The position numbers and the translations under genes were made by a program. This document shows positions 29,073 to 35,213 of a stretch of DNA of 64,000 nucleotides, in pieces. The stretch spans positions 11,977-75,976 of the forward strand of contig JAGQVE010000014.1 in assembly GCA_020438105.1 (NCBI GenBank). Reading direction: 5' to 3'. This DNA is from Bacteroidales bacterium (GTDB taxonomy: Bacteria > Bacteroidota > Bacteroidia > Bacteroidales > JAADJA01). The notes under the pieces were generated by a model. It saw only the letters and a list, made by a program, of their open reading frames with translations. It was not told the DNA's origin and searched no databases. How positions within the stretch are numbered: position 1 is the first letter of the stretch; the number at the start of each line of letters is the position of its first letter.

Positions 29073-29501
29073 CTAACAAGCAGGTGGGGCACGCAATGCC
29101 CGGGTAAGCGATTTTACAAAGTAGATTTTACTTACACCATCGGGTGGCTTAATCGAATGAAAAGACAAAACCATTTGTTCCGATTCATTTCCTTGCAGAA
29201 AGGCAGAATACAAATGGTTTTTTTGAAGCCTTTGGGAATGTGTTTTACTGTTAGTGTTTTTGGAATCCGTGATGATGTAAATACCATGGATCTTACAAAA
29301 TTCTGCACCCTTATTATCATGCTGATGGGATAATCCATGATCGGGATCCGCAATATTGCCATTGGCATCTTCATCTTCGCAATGCTCCGAAACAAAACAT
29401 ACCTGTTGCTCGTGGTGATGATGCGGAAACACATTGTTCAGGATCAGGACCAAAGCCGAAAGCAGTAAGACTGCAGAAATTATGTTTCGGAACTTGTACA
29501 T
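29073..29501 (-). CDS. Small membrane-anchored His/Cys-rich protein leading the czc-type operon
   Basis: ATG start and N-terminal TM helix (IISAVLLLSALVLIL). Followed by HHHHEQQVCF, EHCEDED and HGLSHQH, with C-terminal KPP...RAPPAC. Two overlapping alternative ORFs lack any such features. Confidence 0.45.
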   Translation of the reverse strand: MYKFRNIISAVLLLSALVLILNNVFPHHHHEQQVCFVSEHCEDEDANGNIADPDHGLSHQHDNKGAEFCKIHGIYIITDSKNTNSKTHSQRLQKNHLYSAFLQGNESEQMVLSFHSIKPPDGVSKIYFVKSLTRALRAPPAC

Positions 29502-29569
29502 TTGATTATTAAAACCTCAAAACTAATTTTTTTTACGGAACCCAGCAAATCTTCATCAAGTTGAAATTT

Positions 29570-29650
29570 TTAAACGGCTGTAAAGTACTTTTGTTTTATC
29601 CGCAACGACACATTCACCAATGCGATCAACACCGGCACTTCTACCAACGG
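29570..29650 (-). pseudogene. Divergent relic ACR3 C-terminus (copy C) with its own stop codon
   Basis: The minus strand translates in frame as (R)[26 protein letters not shown]. The live gene reads [30 protein letters not shown]. Copy C is flanked on the left by unique DNA. Confidence 0.75.
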
Positions 29651-29814
29651 GCGAATTACAAATTTTAAAGAAATTAGGATATCCTAAAATCTATGTTCAA
29701 TATTACTAATCCATAATAGAGTGACCAAAAAAGCGAAGGCAAAATAAAGGTGGACAACACAAATTGTTAATCGTCTGATCCCGGATTTCCAAGTCCCTGA
29801 ATATTAATCCTAAA

Positions 29815-29979
29815 TTCCCTACGGGAAAGATGACAAGGTCTGCCAGGATTTCTAATAAAATTGATGCCCTCCGGGCAATTCGTTTTTAATATTTAAGTTC
29901 AGGAAATGGTAAAATCTTCGCCGTAGGCGATATAAATTAGTAGAAAATAACATTCAGGGAATGGTTTGTCCGTAGGACA
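29815..29979 (+). repeat. Four-hairpin module, copy E1
   Basis: Hairpins with 5-bp stems and 3-nt loops sit at about 50-nt spacing. They are TTCCC-TAC-GGGAA (29815), TGCCC-TCC-GGGCA (29865), TCGCC-GTA-GGCGA (29918) and TGTCC-GTA-GGACA (29967). Confidence 0.8.
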
Positions 29980-30008
29980 TACACGTGACCTATTTTCTCA
30001 ATGAGTCC

Positions 30009-30100
30009 TCAATGTGTTTGTTTGGAAGGGAAATATTTATTTTTAAACCTCAGCGCAACATTCACCAATGCGATCAACACCGGCACTTCCACCAATGGGC
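30009..30100 (-). pseudogene. Orphan copy B of the ACR3 3' end (last ~30 codons plus stop)
   Basis: It is identical to 30458-30550 except for one synonymous change (GAG to GAA). No upstream coding body is attached. Confidence 0.85.
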
Positions 30101-30262
30101 GAATTACAAATTTTAAAGCAATTAGGATATCTTAAAATCTATGTTCAATATTACTAATCCATAATAGAGTGACCAAAAAAGCGAAGGCAAAATAAAGGTG
30201 GACAACACAAATTGTTAATCGTCTGATCCCGGATTTCCAAGGCCCTGAAAATTAATCTTTAA

Positions 30263-30428
30263 TTCCCTACGGGAAAGATGGCAAGGTCTGCCAGGATTTC
30301 TAATAAAATTGATGCCCTCCGGGCAATTCGTCTTTTATTATTTTAGTTCAGGAAATGGTAAAACCTTCGCCGTAGGCGATAAAAATTTGTTGAAAATAGC
30401 ATTCAGGGAATGGTTTGTCCGTAGGACA
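30263..30428 (+). repeat. Four-hairpin module, copy E2
   Basis: The same four hairpins occur at 30263, 30313, 30367 and 30416. Confidence 0.8.
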
Positions 30429-30457
30429 TACACGTGACCTATTTTCTGAATGGGTCC

Positions 30458-31519
30458 TCAATGTGTTTGTTTGGAAGGGAAATATTTATTTTTAAACCTC
30501 AGCGCAACATTCACCAATGCGATCAACACCGGCACCTCCACCAATGGGCCGATTACCGCCGCGAAAGCTTCACCAGAGTTGATCCCGAAAACAGCTACAG
30601 CCACTGCAATGGCCAGTTCAAAATTGTTGCTGGCCGCGGTAAAGGCAATTGTCGCCGACTTTGAATAATCGGCTCCGATCTTTTTGCCCATGAAAAAACT
30701 CACCAGGAACATGATCACAAAATAGATCACCAGCGGTATGGCAATGCGAACCACATCCAAAGGTAATTGGACAATGTATTCTCCTTTTAAAGAGAACATG
30801 ACGAGAATGGTGAAGAGCAAGGCAATCAATGTAATGGGACTGATCTTCGGGACGAACTTCGTGTGGTACCAATCCTTATTTTTGACTCTGATCAAAATAA
30901 ATCTTGTCAGGAACCCGGCGATGAAAGGAATGCCGAGATAGATGAATACACTTTCGGCAATCTGTCCCATGGTGATGTTTTTCACAACATCGGTTGTTTC
31001 AATCCCAAACCAGCCGGGCACAATGGCGATGAACACCCAGGCATATACAGCAAAAAACAACACCTGGAAAATGGAATTGAAAGCAACCAGTCCCGCGGCG
31101 TATTCGGTGTTTCCTTTGGCCAGTTCATTCCAAACAATTACCATGGCAATGCAGCGAGCCAGGCCGATCAGGATCAACCCATACATATAATGCGGATAAT
31201 CCTGCAGGAAAAGGATGGCCAATACAAACATCAACACCGGCCCGATGATCCAGTTTTGAACGAGGCTCAAACCAAGAATTTTGAAGTTTTTGAATACCAG
31301 TGGCAATTCCTCGTATTTCACTTTTGCCAGCGGCGGATACATCATCAGGATCAGCCCTATTGCGATAGGTATGTTGGTAGTGCCTACACTCAATTTGTCC
31401 CAGAAGCTTGCAATGGCCGGAAAGAAATATCCGGAAAATACCCCGATTAGCATGGCAGAAAATATCCAAATCGTTAAATAACGATCGAGGAAAGAGAGAC
31501 GTTTGGTAAGTTGTGTCAT
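30458..31519 (-). CDS. acr3: ACR3-family arsenite efflux permease
   Basis: 353 aa with about 10 TM helices. Typical ACR3 N-terminus ([13 protein letters not shown]) and conserved segments ([21 protein letters not shown]). Confidence 0.9.
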   Translation of the reverse strand: MTQLTKRLSFLDRYLTIWIFSAMLIGVFSGYFFPAIASFWDKLSVGTTNIPIAIGLILMMYPPLAKVKYEELPLVFKNFKILGLSLVQNWIIGPVLMFVLAILFLQDYPHYMYGLILIGLARCIAMVIVWNELAKGNTEYAAGLVAFNSIFQVLFFAVYAWVFIAIVPGWFGIETTDVVKNITMGQIAESVFIYLGIPFIAGFLTRFILIRVKNKDWYHTKFVPKISPITLIALLFTILVMFSLKGEYIVQLPLDVVRIAIPLVIYFVIMFLVSFFMGKKIGADYSKSATIAFTAASNNFELAIAVAVAVFGINSGEAFAAVIGPLVEVPVLIALVNVALRFKNKYFPSKQTH

Positions 31520-31535
31520 AATTTTGTTTTTGGAA

Positions 31536-31607
31536 TGCGGATGCCGCAGATCGTGCGGATTTTCACTGATTTTTATCTGCGCCGATCTGCTAAATCCGCG
31601 TCATCCG
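31536..31607. repeat. Variant (GCGGAT/GCAGAT units) imperfect inverted repeat
   Basis: CGGATGCCGCAGATCGTGCGGATTTTCACTGAT (31538-31570) faces ATCTGCGCCGATCTGCTAAATCCGCGTCATCCG (31575-31607). About 22 of 33 positions are complementary. It lies between arsM and ACR3. Confidence 0.5.
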
Positions 31608-31611
31608 TGTT

Positions 31612-32412
31612 CTACTTAACCGCAAAAACCGTAATACTATAAATACCTGTATCACCCGATTTGAATTCATTCAGTTCCGATTCGGACAGATATTTGCTTA
31701 AAATCTCATCCGGCAAATTGATCTCCTTTTCCTTTCGGATTTGAATGCTTTTAAAACCAGCTTTTTCAATAACCCCAAGATATTCATCCTTCTGCATGGC
31801 TCCTGAAACACAACCGGCATACATCTCCGCATCTTTCACCAATGCACCAGGGAGATTACCTGAAAGCACGATATCCGACACACAAAAATGGCCACCCGGC
31901 TTTAACACCCGGCACATTTCACCGAATGCCTTTTCCTTATCAGGAACCAGGTTGAGCACACAATTACTGATAAATACATCGGCCAGATCGTTTTCAAATG
32001 GCATCTCTTCAACATCACCTTTTACAAATTCCACATTGGTATATCCGAGTTTAACCAAATTCGCATTGGCTTTCTGTAGCATGGCATCGGCAAAGTCCAG
32101 GCCTAATACCTTCCCCGATTCACCCACAATAGAGCGGGCAACAAAGGCATCATTTCCGGCTCCCGAGCCCAGGTCAATTACGGTATCTCCTTCCGAAATT
32201 TCGGCATGTTCCGTAGGTAACCCGCAACCCAGTCCAAGATCTGCATCTTTGTTATAACCTTTAAGTCCGGAGTAATCATCACTCATGATGGTGTAGTCCA
32301 TATCGCCACAACCGCAGGTGCTCCCGCAGCAGGAGGATTCATTTTGTTCTTTGGATTGTAAAGCAATTTCGTTGTATTTGCTTTGGACGATGTTTTTTAA
32401 TCGTTCGTTCAT
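31612..32412 (-). CDS. arsM: Arsenite S-adenosylmethionine methyltransferase
   Basis: N-terminal Cys cluster CCGSTCGCG, SAM motif VIDLGSGAGNDAF, and conserved Cys contexts ISNCVLNL and YAGCVSGA. The start is set at ATG 32412. The longer ORF uses GTG inside a repeat. Confidence 0.85.
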   Translation of the reverse strand: MNERLKNIVQSKYNEIALQSKEQNESSCCGSTCGCGDMDYTIMSDDYSGLKGYNKDADLGLGCGLPTEHAEISEGDTVIDLGSGAGNDAFVARSIVGESGKVLGLDFADAMLQKANANLVKLGYTNVEFVKGDVEEMPFENDLADVFISNCVLNLVPDKEKAFGEMCRVLKPGGHFCVSDIVLSGNLPGALVKDAEMYAGCVSGAMQKDEYLGVIEKAGFKSIQIRKEKEINLPDEILSKYLSESELNEFKSGDTGIYSITVFAVK

Positions 32413-32432
32413 TAGGCTCAGATTTTTAATTT

Positions 32433-32544
32433 CCACAGATTTCACTGATTATCACTGATTATTTATAAAGTTTAAATTACACTGATTCAATAATTAATTA
32501 TTTCATTTTCCAATTTATCTGTGCAAATCTGTGTAATCTGTGGC
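32433..32544. repeat. Imperfect inverted repeat built from CACAGAT/CACTGAT units
   Basis: CCACAGATTTCACTGATTATCACTGATTA (32433-32461) faces TTATCTGTGCAAATCTGTGTAATCTGTGGC (32515-32544). The right arm matches the 23104-23133 arm at 29 of 30 positions. It lies between arsC and arsM. Confidence 0.8.
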
Positions 32545-32551
32545 AAATATA

Positions 32552-32968
32552 TTAGTGTAATTGTTCCTCAAAAAATATGTGAAATTCTTCCCTGATCTCA
32601 TCACGCACCTTTCTATAGACCGGCAGGATTTCTTCCTCTGTTCCTCTCGCTTTGGCCGGATCATCAAAGCCGATGTGCAGGCGGTTTTTAACTTCACCAG
32701 CGAAAACAGGACAAATTTCCTTAGCCCCATCACACACGGTGATCACATAATCGAAACTTTCATTGAGGTATTTGTCAACCTGCTCGGGTTTTTGTCCGGA
32801 AATGTCGATACCCTTTTCTTTCATTACTTTCACCGCATATGGATTCACATTTTCTTCAGCCGCCGTTCCAGCAGAAAAAACTTCCAGCTTCGGATCAAAT
32901 GATTTCAGGAAACCTTCAGCCATTTGGCTGCGGCAGGTGTTTCCGGTACATATTATCAGTATTTTCAT
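32552..32968 (-). CDS. arsC: Arsenate reductase, LMW-PTP (thioredoxin-coupled) type
   Basis: P-loop ICTGNTCRSQMAEG, downstream Cys residues (TVCDGAKEICP) and a DP motif. The start is set at ATG 32968, 1 nt after the arsR stop. Confidence 0.9.
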   Translation of the reverse strand: MKILIICTGNTCRSQMAEGFLKSFDPKLEVFSAGTAAEENVNPYAVKVMKEKGIDISGQKPEQVDKYLNESFDYVITVCDGAKEICPVFAGEVKNRLHIGFDDPAKARGTEEEILPVYRKVRDEIREEFHIFFEEQLH

Positions 32969-32969
32969 T

Positions 32970-33305
32970 TTATTCACATTTTAAGGTTCCGCAACAATTC
33001 ATGGTATTGATCAATTTTTCCATTGATCCTTTCAGTTTCTCTAGTACTTCCGGGTTCAGGCAATAATTTGTTTTAATTCCTGAAATATGCCCCTGAATCA
33101 GGCCTGCTTTTTTGAGTTCATTGAGATGCTGATTAACGGTTGTTCTTCCCAGTGGAATCTCCTGTGAAATATCTCCTGTAAAACAACTGTTAGTTTCCGC
33201 AAGGAAGTTCAAAATAGCCAATCTGGCCGGATGACCCAGGGCCTTAAACATCGTTGCACTTTCCTGAAGATCGGTTTCAAAAAGTTCAGTTTTCGCAGTT
33301 GGCAT
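32970..33305 (-). CDS. arsR: ArsR/SmtB-family metalloregulator
   Basis: wHTH core FKALGHPARLAILNFL...VNQHLNELKKAGLI. C-terminal Cys triad CCGTLKC. Confidence 0.85.
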   Translation of the reverse strand: MPTAKTELFETDLQESATMFKALGHPARLAILNFLAETNSCFTGDISQEIPLGRTTVNQHLNELKKAGLIQGHISGIKTNYCLNPEVLEKLKGSMEKLINTMNCCGTLKCE

Positions 33306-33498
33306 TTCGTTCGGTTTATTTTAACTATTAATTTTATCTAATATCTGTCAGGCTATTAATCTGCCTCCACAGGGTTTACGGAATAACGGAATATTGCAAT
33401 GATTCACTTTCTTTAAATTTTACCCGAAGTTTAACAACGGAGCAACAATTCATTTTCAAGTATTTTTATTGCATTTTAAATATCAGTTTAAATCCCGG

Positions 33499-33540
33499 CG
33501 TAAAAGTACGTCATAAAATTTAAACTGACGTATTTTTACG
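33499..33540. promoter_or_regulatory. 42-bp near-perfect palindrome (candidate operator) in the arsR / 33628-gene divergent intergenic region
   Basis: CGTAAAAGTACGTCA - 12 nt - TGACGTATTTTTACG, with 14 of 15 arm positions complementary. It is about 195 bp from the arsR start and about 90 bp from the + strand gene's start. Confidence 0.5.
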
Positions 33541-33627
33541 TTAATTTTTTTAAAATTATTTTTAAGAAAGTAAGTATTTTTGGAGCCAATTCCTTTCAAA
33601 TCCGATGATTGTATAAAATGTAGTTGC

Positions 33628-34656
33628 ATGAAAAATAAATTACTATTCCTGTTTTTTATTCTTTTTTACAACTTTTCAGTTGCAAGTTCAATTGACACGT
33701 CGAGGATTATCCGGGAACAAGGTTGGATTGAAAAGATGAATTACACTATTGGAATAAAAATTTCCCTGGATAATAATTACGAATCATTCAGAGTATCTGC
33801 ATCCGGCAGTGATATCAGTATATATCCGAATATTTCATCGATTCTTAATCTGGGCTTTTATTACAGGTTTTTGAGGATAGGATTCGGAGTTGCCCCATCA
33901 TTTCTTCCTGGAAATGGAGATACAAAAACACGTGGAGAAACAAAATCATTTTACCTGGATGTGTCTGCATACCCACGCCATTGGTACCTAAATTTTGCCT
34001 ATTCAAACGTAAAGGGTTACTACCTTGAAAATACGCATGAATATATACCTGGCTGGTCAAACGGCGATCCTTATATTACCTTTCCTGATCTTTATTTTAC
34101 GGGATTTTCGGGTACGACCGGTTATTATTTCAACCCTCGGCTATCCCTTAAAAGTTTAACCATCCAGACAGAAAGGCAACTTAAGAGTGCGGGTAGTTTT
34201 TTAGTAAATCTTAATTACCGGTTGTATACCATTGATGACAGGTCAACTCCTTCACCCGGTGGTGCAACACAAAAATCAAATAACATTGAAATCACACTGG
34301 GGCCAGGTTATGTTTATAATTTAATAATTAAGGAACATTTTTACGCTTCCATTGCAGCCATACCTGCATTTGCCCTGATCAATACCAAATTATTAACCCG
34401 GTACGAATCTGAAGTTATTAAAAGTACGCAACATAACTGGGGATTCCGTTGGGATGGCAAAGGGGCTTTGGGTTATAATGGACGTAAACTCTTTGGAGGA
34501 CTTTATATCAGCGCATCAGGACTTGAATACAAGCAGGAAAACACCACAGCAATAAATTTTGATACCAGGGTGTACTACCAGTTTTTTTTAGGAATAAGGA
34601 TCAATGCACCTGATTTTATGAACAATTCATTTGATGCGCTAAGTAACTGTTTATAA
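33628..34656 (+). CDS. Hypothetical outer-membrane-like protein (possibly DUF4421-like)
   Basis: The start is set at ATG 33628 (MKNKLLFLFFILF signal). The sequence is rich in aromatic-alternating beta-strand-like segments. The family assignment is from memory only. Confidence 0.45.
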   Translation: MKNKLLFLFFILFYNFSVASSIDTSRIIREQGWIEKMNYTIGIKISLDNNYESFRVSASGSDISIYPNISSILNLGFYYRFLRIGFGVAPSFLPGNGDTKTRGETKSFYLDVSAYPRHWYLNFAYSNVKGYYLENTHEYIPGWSNGDPYITFPDLYFTGFSGTTGYYFNPRLSLKSLTIQTERQLKSAGSFLVNLNYRLYTIDDRSTPSPGGATQKSNNIEITLGPGYVYNLIIKEHFYASIAAIPAFALINTKLLTRYESEVIKSTQHNWGFRWDGKGALGYNGRKLFGGLYISASGLEYKQENTTAINFDTRVYYQFFLGIRINAPDFMNNSFDALSNCL

Positions 34657-34746
34657 ATTTATATCCCTTAATTAAATTTATGTTAAAATTTACTAAGACA
34701 GCCTTTTACTAAAACATTTTATTTTACTTTGTGTTGAAAGTAAATA

Positions 34747-35121
34747 ATGAAAATCAGGTTTCTACATATCATTTTGAGCTTTAACATGCTTATTTCCCTT
34801 ACAGGATTCAGCGTTTCAATACACTATTGCGGGGATGAATTGATGAATCTTGCCATTGATTATGATGCGAGTTCATGCTGCGATTCTTCGTGTAATAGTT
34901 GTCACAACGAGCATTTTTATATCAAGTTTGATGAAGATTTGGCAGGACCAGTAAGTTTTCATTCTCCGGATATTGCTCAGATCGATCTGTTAGCACCGGT
35001 TTCAATAATTTTTAATCAACCGATCACTGGCATTCATCAGATTGAAATTTTTTGCAGTGAATCACCACCCGGCCGATCCGGGCCTGACTTATTTACAACA
35101 TATCAATCTTTCTTACTCTGA
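34747..35121 (+). CDS. Small membrane-anchored Cys/His-rich protein (HYC...CC...PP pattern) leading the second RND operon
   Basis: N-terminal TM helix, then IHYCGDE, SSCCDSSCNSCHNEH and a C-terminal SESPPGR. It lies 92 nt upstream of the pump gene. Confidence 0.55.
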   Translation: MKIRFLHIILSFNMLISLTGFSVSIHYCGDELMNLAIDYDASSCCDSSCNSCHNEHFYIKFDEDLAGPVSFHSPDIAQIDLLAPVSIIFNQPITGIHQIEIFCSESPPGRSGPDLFTTYQSFLL

Positions 35122-35213
35122 TTTTAATTGAATTTTTTTGATGGAGATGATCCAAACAGGTGGATTGTGTCCTTTTTTCTATTTCAAATTCATTCAATTA
35201 AAATTCGTTTCCA

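Larger units (their letters stand above)
29651..30547. repeat. Two tandem copies of a ~449-bp unit (about 356-bp non-coding core plus ~92-bp ACR3 3' end)
   Basis: GCGAATTACAAATTTTAAAG starts at 29651 and again at 30099. The cores are roughly 95% identical by eye. The array is bounded by ACR3-end copies C, B and A. Confidence 0.9.

Noticed and set aside
29043-29434. Alternative ORFs (29043-29333 + strand and 29132-29434 minus strand) overlapping the His-rich small gene.
   Set aside because: Neither has a TM helix, signal peptide or ligand motifs. The minus-strand frame at 29073-29501 matches the operon's direction and has a TM helix plus His/Cys clusters. The locus remains low-confidence overall.
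29815-30428. Whether the ~50-nt phased hairpins form a degenerate CRISPR array.
   Set aside because: The four hairpin units differ from one another in sequence. The 'spacers' are themselves conserved between module copies. No cas genes or leader are present. The whole block is duplicated as a unit.
30434-30668. Two + strand ORFs (76 and 72 aa) spanning the ACR3 3' end and the repeat junction.
   Set aside because: They are antisense to the well-supported ACR3 coding sequence. They begin inside the tandem repeat. No signal peptide, motif or plausible start context is present.
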